This document shows positions 42,768 to 51,949 of a stretch of 64,000 bases of DNA, one piece after another (position 1 is the stretch's first letter; every line of letters begins with the position of its first letter). This stretch comes from Betaproteobacteria bacterium (GTDB lineage: Bacteria; Pseudomonadota; Gammaproteobacteria; Burkholderiales; SG8-39), in the NCBI GenBank assembly GCA_005881575.1, contig VBCA01000001.1:85611-149610 (forward strand). Direction: 5' to 3'. The position numbers were made by a program, and so were the translations under genes. Under the pieces are notes generated by a model that was not told the DNA's origin, ran no database searches, and was given only the letters and a program-made list of their open reading frames with translations.

Positions 42768-43918
42768 CGCAGCTTCAAAGTGGACAGACCGAACAGGACC
42801 AGCATCATGGTGATGATCCAGAAGCGCACGACGACCTGCGATTCCTTCCACCCCGAGAGCTCGTAGTGGTGATGGAGCGGGGCCATTCGGAAAATGCGTT
42901 TGCCCCCGCTCCACTTGTAATAGAGCACCTGGAGCATCACCGAGAGCGTTTCCGCGACGAACACGCCGCCCATGATGAGAAGCACGATCTCCTGCCGGAC
43001 GATCACTGCGACCGTCCCGAGCGCAGCGCCTAGGGAAAGCGCACCCACGTCGCCCATGAAGACGTCGGCCGGGTACGCGTTGAACCAGAGAAAGCCGAGC
43101 CCCGCCCCGACGAGCGCGCCGCAAAAAACCGTCAGCTCGGCCGCTCCAGGAATGTAGGGAAAGAGCAGATAGCGGGAGTAGTCGACCCGCCCCGTGACCA
43201 TCGCAAATACCCCAAGGCCGCCCGCGACCATCACGGCCGGCATGATCGCGAGCCCATCCAGTCCGTCGGTCAAGTTGACCGCGTTCGAGGTCCCGACGAT
43301 GACGAAGTAGCTGAGCGTGATGAAGCCGAAAGCACCGAGCGGGTAGGCGATGTTCTTAAAGAACGGCACGATCAAGTCGGCATTGGGCGGCAGGTCCATG
43401 GAAAATCCGCTCCCCACCCAGGCCATGAAGAAATCGAGGACCTTCGCGGTACTCGGAGCCGACACGGCGAAGGCGAGATAGGTTGCCGCGACGAGGCCGA
43501 TCAGAGATTGCCAGAAGAATTTCGCCCTCGGCGAAAGACCCTTCGGATTGTTCTTCACGACCTTGCGGTAATCGTCGATCCAGCCGATCGCACCAAAACC
43601 GAAGGTGACCACGAGTACGACCCAGACGAACCGGTTGCTGAGGTCTCCCCACAAGAGCGTAGTGATCAGAATGGAGAGCAACACGAGCGCCCCGCCCATG
43701 GTGGGCGTGCCCGCCTTGGTGAGATGGGACTGGGGACCGTCGTCGCGCACCGCTTGGCCGATCTTATAGGCGGTGAGCTTGCGAATCACCAGCGGACCGG
43801 CGAGCAGCGAGATCGCGAGGGCGGTGAGCGTCGCGAGCACTGCGCGCAGCGTGATGTACTGGAACACATTGAACGCGCGCACGTCCTGGGCGAGCCATTG
43901 CGTAAGAGCGAGGAGCAT
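42764..43918 (-). CDS. mraY: Phospho-N-acetylmuramoyl-pentapeptide transferase
   Basis: 384 aa. [20 protein letters not shown] and APLHHHYE. Confidence 0.97.
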   Translation of the reverse strand: MLLALTQWLAQDVRAFNVFQYITLRAVLATLTALAISLLAGPLVIRKLTAYKIGQAVRDDGPQSHLTKAGTPTMGGALVLLSILITTLLWGDLSNRFVWVVLVVTFGFGAIGWIDDYRKVVKNNPKGLSPRAKFFWQSLIGLVAATYLAFAVSAPSTAKVLDFFMAWVGSGFSMDLPPNADLIVPFFKNIAYPLGAFGFITLSYFVIVGTSNAVNLTDGLDGLAIMPAVMVAGGLGVFAMVTGRVDYSRYLLFPYIPGAAELTVFCGALVGAGLGFLWFNAYPADVFMGDVGALSLGAALGTVAVIVRQEIVLLIMGGVFVAETLSVMLQVLYYKWSGGKRIFRMAPLHHHYELSGWKESQVVVRFWIITMMLVLFGLSTLKLR

Positions 43919-45298
43919 CTAGTGCCCTCCTGCCGAAGAGGATTCGCCGGCCAGAGCCTGGACGACCCGCTCCATGCGCATGAAGCGCGAGCCTTTTACA
44001 AGCATCGTGGTTCGCGGCCGCAGCTCCGCGCGAGCCGCGGAGATCAAGGCTTCCACGGTGGCGAAGTGTCGGGCCCCTTCTCCGAAGGCGGCGACGCAGG
44101 CGGAAGACAACTCTCCGACGCCAAGCAGACGGTCTATGCCGCGCTCGCGCGCATAACGACCGATCTCCTGATGGAATTCCACCCCGCGATCGCCCACCTC
44201 CCCCATGTCGCCGAGCAGGAGGACCTTCGCGCCGCCTTCCGCGGCAAGCACGTCGATCGCGGCGCGCACCGAATCCGGATTGGCGTTGTAACTGTCGTCG
44301 ATGAGCTTCGTACCCGAGGAAGCGGTCCGCCGCTGCATGCGTCCGCCGATCGGACGGAACGCCGCAAGGCCCCGCGCCACCGCTTCGAGGCTTGCGCCCG
44401 CGGCGAGGCCGCATGCGGCAGCGGCGAAAGCGTTCAGGACGTTGTGTCGCCCATCGACATGGAGCTCGACCCGGGCCGCACCTCGCGGGGTGTGCAGATC
44501 TATCTCGCTTCCGAAATGCGTGAAGCGGTGGCGACCGCCCACCTGTGCGGGTTTCTCGAGTCCGAAGTCCCGAACGCGCCTGCCCGCGAGAAGCCCGCGC
44601 CAGTAGCCAGAGAATTCATCGTCCGCATTGATCACACCCGTGCCCTCCGGCCGCATCGCTGCGAACACTGCGCCGTGCTCGCGCGCGACCTCGGCGACAC
44701 CCTTCATGAATTCCTGGTGTTCACGCTGCGCGTTGTTGATGAGCGCGACCGTCGGAGAGGCGATGGCGGCGAGGGTGGCGGTTTCGCCCGGGTGATTGAC
44801 CCCCAGCTCGACCACCGCTGCGCGGTGGTTCGGGCGCAGTTTCAGCAACGTCAGCGGCAGGCCGATGTCGTTGTTGAGGTTGCCCTCGGTCGCGAGCGCG
44901 TGCGTCTCGCCGAAATGCTCGCGCAGGATCGCCGCGATCATCTCCTTGACCGTGGTTTTACCATTGGAGCCGCTGACCGCCACCAGCGGAATGTCGAAGC
45001 GCCCGCGCCAATGCGCGGCGAGCCGTCCGAGCGCGAGACGCGAGTTTTCGACTACGAGAAACGGAAGGTCCCCCTGAGAAGAATCGGGTTCTTCGACGAT
45101 TGCCGCGACGGCTCCGCGTTCCTTTGCCGCCCCGATGAACCGGAGCCCGTCGAATCTCTGGCCGCTCAGAGCGATGAACAGCGCGCCCAGCTCGAGCGTA
45201 CGGCTGTCGGTCGAGACGGAGTCGAAGCGGACATCCTCACCGATGAGGCGCGCCCCGATTGCGGTCGCCGCCTCGCGCAGGCTCATCATCGGCCCCAT
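43919..45298 (-). CDS. murF: UDP-MurNAc-tripeptide--D-alanyl-D-alanine ligase
   Basis: 459 aa. GSNGKTT and DDSYNANP. An alternative ATG at 45289 would overlap the murE stop. Confidence 0.9.
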   Translation of the reverse strand: MGPMMSLREAATAIGARLIGEDVRFDSVSTDSRTLELGALFIALSGQRFDGLRFIGAAKERGAVAAIVEEPDSSQGDLPFLVVENSRLALGRLAAHWRGRFDIPLVAVSGSNGKTTVKEMIAAILREHFGETHALATEGNLNNDIGLPLTLLKLRPNHRAAVVELGVNHPGETATLAAIASPTVALINNAQREHQEFMKGVAEVAREHGAVFAAMRPEGTGVINADDEFSGYWRGLLAGRRVRDFGLEKPAQVGGRHRFTHFGSEIDLHTPRGAARVELHVDGRHNVLNAFAAAACGLAAGASLEAVARGLAAFRPIGGRMQRRTASSGTKLIDDSYNANPDSVRAAIDVLAAEGGAKVLLLGDMGEVGDRGVEFHQEIGRYARERGIDRLLGVGELSSACVAAFGEGARHFATVEALISAARAELRPRTTMLVKGSRFMRMERVVQALAGESSSAGGH

Positions 45299-46797
45299 CG
45301 CGCGAGCGCTTCTTCGGCTTCGAGCGCATCGGAAAAAGGCAGTCGGCGGCCGGCGATTTCTTGGTAGGACTCGTGACCTTTTCCGGCGATGAGCACTACG
45401 TCACCGCGGCTCGCTGAAGCGATGGCGCCGGCGATCGCCGTCCGTCGATCTTCGATGGCTTCGTGCGCGACGGGGATGGCCGCGGTGATTTCGGCGATGA
45501 TGGCACCGGGATCCTCGCCGCGCGGATTGTCGCTCGTCACCATGATCGCATCGGCGTGCCGCGATGCGACCGCCCCCATCAACGGCCGCTTGCCACGGTC
45601 GCGCTCGCCTCCGGCGCCGAATACGGCCACCAGGCGTCCGCCGCCCGCCCGGGCAACGTCCTTCAGCGCAACCAGGGTTTTTTCGAGCGCGTCGGGTGTG
45701 TGGGCGTAGTCCACCACCACGAGAGGCTTGCCCCCTCCGCCCAGGCGCTGCATGCGTCCTGCGACCGGTTGCAGGTCTGCGAGCGCCGCTGTGGCGCGCT
45801 CGATGGCCACTCCGGAAACGAGCATCGTCGTGAGGACTCCCAGCAGGTTGGACACGTTGAAGCGCCCAAGCAGGGTGCTTTCGACGCGCGCCTCACCCCA
45901 GGAACTCTTGACGTCGAATGCGATCCCCTTCGGCGATACTTCGATCGCGTGCGCCTCGGCATGGCTCTCGAGTCCTGCCCCGGCGGCGACTCCCGCGAAA
46001 CAACTGTAGCCCGCGCGGTTCGGGCCGCGTCCGGCGAGCGCTCGGGCAAGCCGCACTCCCTGCACGTCGTCCAGATTGAGCACGGCGTGCTTGAGATCGG
46101 GCACTTCGAACAGGCGCTGCTTCGCGCGCGCATAGTTCTCCATGTCGCCGTGATAGTCGAGGTGATCGCGCGAGAGATTGGTGAACAGAGCGGCCCCGAA
46201 AGCGACGCCGTTAACGCGCCCCTGCTCCAAGCCGATCGAAGTGACTTCGATCGCCACACCCTGCGCCCCTGCGGCAAGCAGTCGGGCGAGCGAACGGTGC
46301 AGCGCGACAGCATCCGGCGTGGTGTTGAGTCCGGCGTCCAATTTTCCAGGTTCCTTACTTCCCGGCAGGGCCGGGAAGCCCGTGCCCAGAGTGCCGATCA
46401 CTGCGGTTCGAGCGCCGCACACGCCACACGCCTGGGCGATCCAGTGGCTGCACGAGGTCTTGCCGTTGGTCCCCGTCACGCCCATCGTCCACAGTTTCGC
46501 TGAGGGACGTCCGTAGACTTCGTGCGCAAGAGGCCCGGCGAAATTGCGCAGATTCTGGACCCCGATGTTGGGCACGCGCCAGGCGCTGTTCCATTCGAAG
46601 CCTTCGCTTTCCCACAGAACGGCGGTGGCGCCGCGCTCGAGCGCGCTCGGAATGAAGTCGCGCCCGTCGTGGCGCGCACCCGGGTAGGCAAGAAACACTT
46701 CCCCTGCGGCCAGTGTGCGGCTGTCCACGGCAAGACCCGTCATGCGCGTTCCTTGCGCAGCGAGTCGCTGCTGGATGTGCTCGACTTGATCCCGCAC
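45286..46797 (-). CDS. murE: UDP-MurNAc-L-Ala-D-Glu--2,6-diaminopimelate ligase
   Basis: 503 aa from GTG 46797, 2 nt after the ftsI stop. DSRTLAAGEVFLAY, GTNGKTS and a DNPR motif (SDNPRGEDP). Confidence 0.88.
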   Translation of the reverse strand: MRDQVEHIQQRLAAQGTRMTGLAVDSRTLAAGEVFLAYPGARHDGRDFIPSALERGATAVLWESEGFEWNSAWRVPNIGVQNLRNFAGPLAHEVYGRPSAKLWTMGVTGTNGKTSCSHWIAQACGVCGARTAVIGTLGTGFPALPGSKEPGKLDAGLNTTPDAVALHRSLARLLAAGAQGVAIEVTSIGLEQGRVNGVAFGAALFTNLSRDHLDYHGDMENYARAKQRLFEVPDLKHAVLNLDDVQGVRLARALAGRGPNRAGYSCFAGVAAGAGLESHAEAHAIEVSPKGIAFDVKSSWGEARVESTLLGRFNVSNLLGVLTTMLVSGVAIERATAALADLQPVAGRMQRLGGGGKPLVVVDYAHTPDALEKTLVALKDVARAGGGRLVAVFGAGGERDRGKRPLMGAVASRHADAIMVTSDNPRGEDPGAIIAEITAAIPVAHEAIEDRRTAIAGAIASASRGDVVLIAGKGHESYQEIAGRRLPFSDALEAEEALARWGR

Positions 46798-46799
46798 AC

Positions 46800-48530
46800 T
46801 TAAACGCTTTCCTTCACTTCCTCTCCTTCGGGAGGCAGCTCGATCGGCTGCATCGGCCCGTCGGGCGGCACGTCGAGCACCCGCAGCGCCCCCGCCATCA
46901 CCTGCGCAAATACCGGCGCCGCCACGGTCCCGCCGTAGTACCGACCGGCCGAGGGCTCGTCGATCATCACGGCGATCACGAGGCGCGGGTGCGAGGCGGG
47001 CGCGAAGCCGACGAACGAGGAGACGTACTTGTCGGCCGCATAGACGCCGTTTTCCTGCTTGTGCGCGGTGCCCGTCTTTCCGGCGACGCGATAGCCCATG
47101 ATCTGCGCGCGCGGCGCAGTGCCACCCCGGTTTACCGCCATCTCGAGCATCGCGCGAACCGCGCCGGCAGTTCTCCGGGCCATCACGCGCCGCGCAGGGG
47201 GAGGCATGTCCACACGAAGCATGGAAAGCGGAATCAGCTCTCCGTCGCGCGCGAAGACGCTGTAGGCGCGCGCGAGCTGCACGAGCGAGACCGATATGCC
47301 GTGTCCGTAGGACATCGTCGCCTGCTCGATCGGTCGCCAGTTCCGGTACGGCCGGAGCTTTCCGGCAGCCTCTCCGGGAAAACCGAGGCCGGGCGCGGCG
47401 CCGAAGCCCACGTCCCGGAACATTTCCCACATCGACTCGGCAGAGAGTGCGAGCGCGATCTTCGCCGCGCCGACGTTGGAGGATTTCTGGATGATCTGCG
47501 CCACCGTGAGCGAGCGCTCGAAATGGGCATCGTGGATGGTGGATGCCCCTATGCTCAAGCTTCCGGGCGCAATCTGGATGACGGAATCCGGCCTGACCCG
47601 CCCCCCTTCCAGAGCGAGAGCCACGGTAAAGGGCTTGAGCGTCGAACCGGGTTCGAACGTATCGGTCAGCGCCCGGTTCCGAAGCTGCGCCCCGGCAAGC
47701 TTGTGGCGATTGTTGGGGTTGTACGTCGGGAAATTCGCGAGCGCGAGCAGCTCGCCCGTGTCGACGTCGACCACGACGACGCCGCCCGCCTTCGCTCGGT
47801 GCTGGGCGACCGCGGCTTTCAGCTGGCTGAAAGCGAGGTTCTGGATGCGAGCATCCAAAGCAAGAGCGAGGTCGTGCCCGTCCTGCGCAGCTTTGATCGA
47901 CTCGACATCCTCGACCGTCTGGCCGAGTCGGTCCTTGATCACCCGGCGGCTGCCGGGCTTGCCCGCGAGCCCGTCCTGAAACGCGAGCTCGACACCCTCC
48001 TGGCCTATGTCGTCAACGCCCGTGAAGCCGAGTACGTGCGCAGCGACTTCGCCACTTGGGTAGTAGCGCCGGTACTCGCGGTTCTGGAACAGCCCGGGGA
48101 TGTGCAGAGCCGCAACGCGTTCGGCCACTTCCGGGGGGATCTGCCGTTTGAGGAAAACAAAGTCCCGACCCGTTTCGGCGAGGCGATTTTCGATTTCCCT
48201 CGGTGACATCTCGAGCAATGCCCCCAAACGCGCGAGCTGCCGTTCGCTTGGACGCACTTCGCCCGGGATCGCCCAGATCGACTTCACCGGGGTGCTGATG
48301 GCGAGCGCTTCACCGTTGCGGTCAAGGATGCGGCCGCGGTTTGCCGGAATTTCGATAACCCGGCTGTAGCGGGACTCGCCTTTTGCCTGCAGAAAATCGT
48401 TGTTCAGGCCCTGCAGGTAGACGGCGCGGCCGAGGAGCACGGCAAAGCACGCGATGAAGACGTAGAGCAGGAGTCTCGAACGCCACGTAGGCAGGGTGAG
48501 CGCGAGAACCGGACTGGCAGCGAAATTCAT
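46800..48530 (-). CDS. ftsI: Peptidoglycan D,D-transpeptidase FtsI (PBP3)
   Basis: 576 aa from MNFAASPVL. SxxK (STLKP), SxN (SSN) and KTG (KTGTA) motifs. Confidence 0.9.
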   Translation of the reverse strand: MNFAASPVLALTLPTWRSRLLLYVFIACFAVLLGRAVYLQGLNNDFLQAKGESRYSRVIEIPANRGRILDRNGEALAISTPVKSIWAIPGEVRPSERQLARLGALLEMSPREIENRLAETGRDFVFLKRQIPPEVAERVAALHIPGLFQNREYRRYYPSGEVAAHVLGFTGVDDIGQEGVELAFQDGLAGKPGSRRVIKDRLGQTVEDVESIKAAQDGHDLALALDARIQNLAFSQLKAAVAQHRAKAGGVVVVDVDTGELLALANFPTYNPNNRHKLAGAQLRNRALTDTFEPGSTLKPFTVALALEGGRVRPDSVIQIAPGSLSIGASTIHDAHFERSLTVAQIIQKSSNVGAAKIALALSAESMWEMFRDVGFGAAPGLGFPGEAAGKLRPYRNWRPIEQATMSYGHGISVSLVQLARAYSVFARDGELIPLSMLRVDMPPPARRVMARRTAGAVRAMLEMAVNRGGTAPRAQIMGYRVAGKTGTAHKQENGVYAADKYVSSFVGFAPASHPRLVIAVMIDEPSAGRYYGGTVAAPVFAQVMAGALRVLDVPPDGPMQPIELPPEGEEVKESV

Positions 48531-48805
48531 TTCGCCATCTCCGGCGGCCGTACTATGATGTGGAGGCGTTTCGCGTCGGGGACACGCATGTGCAGCTGGC
48601 GGCTGGCGATGCGTTCGACGCGTGCGTGCACTGCCCACGTGCTGGCTTCGAGCTGCAGCTGACCGTATTCGACCCCGAGCTGCTGCGAACGTTCCTGCTC
48701 CTGCTCGAGCTCGCTAAAGAGCGTGCGCGCCCGGTGCTGTGAGGTCACCAAGCCCAGAGCACATGCGGTCAGCACAACCATCAGGAGTAAGTTCAAGCGG
48801 GTCAT
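48527..48805 (-). CDS. ftsL: Cell division protein FtsL
   Basis: 92 aa with a single TM helix and a leucine-zipper-like region. Lies between rsmH and ftsI. Confidence 0.8.
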   Translation of the reverse strand: MTRLNLLLMVVLTACALGLVTSQHRARTLFSELEQEQERSQQLGVEYGQLQLEASTWAVHARVERIASRQLHMRVPDAKRLHIIVRPPEMAK

Positions 48806-48812
48806 CGTGGGC

Positions 48813-49742
48813 TCATGGAAGTTTCTCGGCGACGCGCAGCACGGCGCTCCTCGAGCGGGGATTTGCCCTGATTTCCTCGGCGCTGGGCTTTGCCGGCCGG
48901 CCGACGATGCGCAGCTTCGGAGGCGGCAGCTCCCGAGCCCTCACGGGCAGACGCTCGGGCAAGGTGGGCCGCGCGGCGCCGCGCATGAAGTTCTTTACGA
49001 TGCGGTCCTCGAGTGAATGGAAGCTGATCACGGCGAGGCGACCACGGGAATCGAGGACGGCGAGCGCTTGCGGCAGCGCTAGCGACAATTCCTCAAGCTC
49101 CTGATTGACGTGAATCCGTAGAGCCTGAAACGTCCGCGTCGCCGGATCCTGCCCCGGTTCACGCGTCCGGGCGGACGCAGCCACGAGAGCGGCAAGTTCC
49201 CCGGTCCGCCGGACAGGCCCTCTTCGCCGAGTAGCAACAATCGCCTTTGCAATCTGTTTAGCAAACCGTTCTTCGCCATAGCCGCTGAGGACCTCCCTGA
49301 TCTCGGACTCGTCCGCCCGTTCGAGCCACTCGAACGCACTTTGACCCCGCGTCGGGTCCATGCGCATATCGAGCGGCCCGTCAGACCGGAAGCTGAAGCC
49401 GCGCTGCGGGTCGTCGAGCTGAGGCGAGGACACGCCCAGATCGAACAGCACCCCATCGACGCCGCCCGCGCGCAGCGCGGCTAGCCTCGCCTGCAATTCG
49501 CTGAAACGCGCATGCACCGGCGTAAAACGCGGGTCGCGTATCCTGCGCGCAGATGCGATCGCCTCCGGATCCCGGTCCATGCCGATCAACCGGCCTCGGG
49601 GTCCCAGCCGCTCCAGAATCAACCGGCTGTGACCGCCTCTGCCGAATGTCGCGTCCACGAAAGTGCCGTCGTTCCGTGATTCGATCGCGAGGGCATCGAC
49701 TGCCGGGCGGAGGAGCACGGGAAGGTGCGCATCGGCGCTCAC
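48813..49742 (-). CDS. rsmH: 16S rRNA (cytosine1402-N4)-methyltransferase
   Basis: 309 aa. [16 protein letters not shown] and SFHSLEDR. Confidence 0.95.
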   Translation of the reverse strand: MSADAHLPVLLRPAVDALAIESRNDGTFVDATFGRGGHSRLILERLGPRGRLIGMDRDPEAIASARRIRDPRFTPVHARFSELQARLAALRAGGVDGVLFDLGVSSPQLDDPQRGFSFRSDGPLDMRMDPTRGQSAFEWLERADESEIREVLSGYGEERFAKQIAKAIVATRRRGPVRRTGELAALVAASARTREPGQDPATRTFQALRIHVNQELEELSLALPQALAVLDSRGRLAVISFHSLEDRIVKNFMRGAARPTLPERLPVRARELPPPKLRIVGRPAKPSAEEIRANPRSRSAVLRVAEKLP

Positions 49743-50182
49743 AATGAGAAGTTTTCTGTGCCCGGTGGCGGGTCAGTGCCCACTTGCGCGAGACCCCGCG
49801 CAAGACGCTCGTCCCAAGCTGCAATGTCCCAGATCTCGAAATGGCTCCCCTGCCCCACCAGCATCACGTCTTTTTTCAATCCAGCAAACTTGCGTAACGC
49901 GGGCGACACGAGGATGCGCCCTTGGGCGTCGAGCTCCAGCTCTTCGGCGAAGCCCACCAGCAGCCGCTGCCACCAGCGCGCTTGCTCGTTGAAGCTGGAG
50001 AGCGCCTGGACTTTGGCGCCGATCGGTTCCCAGGCGACGCGTGGATAAAGAAGAAGACAGCTATCGGGGTGAGCGGTGAGAACCACCGCGCGCTCTCCCG
50101 ATAGCAAGGCGTCCCGGTACCGGGTAGGCACAGCAAGCCTTCCCTTGGCGTCGAGACTCAGCTCTGTCGCCCCTTGAAGCAA
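49739..50182 (-). CDS. mraZ: Transcriptional regulator MraZ
   Basis: 147 aa with a TTG start. [10 protein letters not shown] and LDAQGRILV are the two SpoVT/AbrB-type repeats. Confidence 0.93.
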   Translation of the reverse strand: MLQGATELSLDAKGRLAVPTRYRDALLSGERAVVLTAHPDSCLLLYPRVAWEPIGAKVQALSSFNEQARWWQRLLVGFAEELELDAQGRILVSPALRKFAGLKKDVMLVGQGSHFEIWDIAAWDERLARGLAQVGTDPPPGTENFSL

Positions 50183-50212
50183 CGGTCCCCCTTCGAGTGG
50201 CGAAATGGAGCG

Positions 50213-50246
50213 CCACAGTTCCCCACTAAAATCTACTTCCTACCAC
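50213..50246 (-). promoter_or_regulatory. Candidate MraZ operator: phased GTGG repeats
   Basis: On the mraZ strand, GTGG occurs at 50246..50243, 50226..50223 and 50216..50213. Spacings are 20 and 10 bp, 31-64 nt upstream of the TTG start. Confidence 0.35.
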
Positions 50247-50470
50247 TCTAGAGGAAACAGGGGAGGCGGTCAAGCCTGAAATTGATGAAATTTTTAGCTA
50301 CAACAGGGACTTAAGATGGCTTTTCTAGAAACTGTGTGACATAAAATAAAAAGATACAAATTAATACGTTACCGTGTAAAGTGAATGTAATACATTAGGA
50401 AATCAAAGGGTTCCGATGAAAAGGCTGGAAGCCGCCTGTAGAGGGCGGATCCACCTTCGGCCTGCGATTT

Positions 50471-51013
50471 CTAGTGCAGGTGCTTTTTTCCGGAAACCCC
50501 GCCGGAACGGACCTGAGTCCGGTCCTGCGGCGCGTCGGAGGCGCGGCGGGCGAACATCTGATTGACCAGGGCGGTCGCCTCGCCGATCTCGGCGTCGCCG
50601 AAATGACGTGCGAGCAGGGCCGAAAGGTCGTCTATCATGCGTCGCCGCTGCATGTCGCGGATCGACTCGGGCGTCGGCCCGACGAACACCCAGCTGTGCT
50701 CATCCTGGCCGTCTTCCTGGTAGTAGCTCACCTCGACCGCCGCCGCCTCCTCGGAGTAGGGCGACAGCGATTCGAATGCGCCCTCGAGCGAATGCTGGAA
50801 ATTGCGCCCGACGTACCCCGTCCAGCAGATGTCGAGCGAGCGGCGGCGCCGGTCGAATACGATGCCGGGCTCGTCCTGGTGGGCGCTGCGCGCATCGGCG
50901 AGGCCGTCCACGTCGACGTAATCGAACCAGTGTCTGAGCGCAAGCTCGATGTCAGTCTGGCTGACGCCGCTCTTCAACAATACCGTGCCGTGAACATGAA
51001 CTTCAGTATGCAT
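50471..51013 (-). CDS. Hypothetical protein (180 aa, acidic, no motif I recognise)
   Basis: ATG-initiated ORF with genome-typical composition. Divergent from the NYN-LOTUS gene and co-directional with mraZ. Confidence 0.6.
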   Translation of the reverse strand: MHTEVHVHGTVLLKSGVSQTDIELALRHWFDYVDVDGLADARSAHQDEPGIVFDRRRRSLDICWTGYVGRNFQHSLEGAFESLSPYSEEAAAVEVSYYQEDGQDEHSWVFVGPTPESIRDMQRRRMIDDLSALLARHFGDAEIGEATALVNQMFARRASDAPQDRTQVRSGGVSGKKHLH

Positions 51014-51131
51014 TTGCTTGCCCCCGAAACGCCGATGCTAGTCCGAGAAAGCCGGGACTTCAACCTTTTCCGATCATGGCCTGGACCGGGGGATGGGATA
51101 ATACCGCCTCCGCCATGTCCAAGGACCCGAA

Positions 51132-51944
51132 ATGAGCGCATCGAGCGACACCGTAAACATGGCGCTTTTCTGCGACTTCGAGAACGTCGCGCTCGGCGTG
51201 CGCGACGCAAAGTACGCCAAGTTCGACATCAACAAGGTCCTCGAGCGCCTGCTGCTGAAAGGGAGCATCGTGCTGAAGAAGGCTTATTGCGACTGGGAAC
51301 GGTACAAGGAGTTCAAATCCGACATGCATGAAGCGTCGTTCGAGCTCATCGAGATCCCGCACGTACGCATGTCGGGAAAGAACTCAGCCGATATCCGCAT
51401 GGTCGTGGATGCGCTGGATCTTTGCTACACCAAGTCGCACGTCGACACTTTCGTCATCATCAGCGGCGATTCCGATTTCTCGCCGCTCGTCTCGAAGCTG
51501 CGCGAAAACGACAAGACCGTGATCGGGGTGGGCGTGAAGAACTCCAGCTCCGATCTGTTGGTGGCGAACTGCGACGAATTCATCTTCTACGACGACCTGG
51601 TGCGCGAAAAACCGGGACGCCAGCCACCGAGGAAAAAACCGCAGGCGAAGCCGGCCGCGAGTGGGGAAGCGGTGCCAAAGGACAACGAGGACAAGACCGA
51701 CAAGGCGCTGGATCTGGTGATGCAGACCGTCGAGGCGCTGATTGCAGAGCGGGGCGCCGAAGAGAAGATCTGGGGCTCGATGGTGAAGCAGGCGCTCAAG
51801 CGCCGCAACCCAGGCTTCAACGAGTCCTACTACGGCTTTTCGTCGTTCTCGAAGCTGCTCGACGAAGCCGAGTCGCGCAAGATGCTGCAGCTCGAGCGCG
51901 ATGAAAAATCAGGCGGCTACATCGTCAAGAGCGTCGCGCACTAG
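51132..51944 (+). CDS. NYN (LabA-like, PIN-fold) nuclease domain fused to an OST-HTH/LOTUS domain
   Basis: 270 aa. LFCDFENV and IISGDSDFSPLV are NYN acidic motifs. A basic Pro/Lys linker follows. C-terminal ...IWGSMVKQALKRRNPGFNESYYGFSSFSKLL is the LOTUS pattern. Confidence 0.85.
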   Translation: MSASSDTVNMALFCDFENVALGVRDAKYAKFDINKVLERLLLKGSIVLKKAYCDWERYKEFKSDMHEASFELIEIPHVRMSGKNSADIRMVVDALDLCYTKSHVDTFVIISGDSDFSPLVSKLRENDKTVIGVGVKNSSSDLLVANCDEFIFYDDLVREKPGRQPPRKKPQAKPAASGEAVPKDNEDKTDKALDLVMQTVEALIAERGAEEKIWGSMVKQALKRRNPGFNESYYGFSSFSKLLDEAESRKMLQLERDEKSGGYIVKSVAH

Positions 51945-51949
51945 GAAGT

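Noticed and set aside
43508-48206. Long plus-strand ORFs (43508..45367, 45463..46503, 46713..48206) opposite mraY/murF/murE/ftsI
   Set aside because: They are antisense to conserved dcw genes. They are typical high-GC stop-codon-poor frames, with no independent evidence such as a ribosome-binding site or motifs.
50432-50448. Hairpin CCGCC-n7-GGCGG as terminator of the 180-aa hypothetical gene
   Set aside because: The stem is only 5 bp and the downstream T tract is interrupted. It is mentioned under the AT-rich region finding but not called as a feature.
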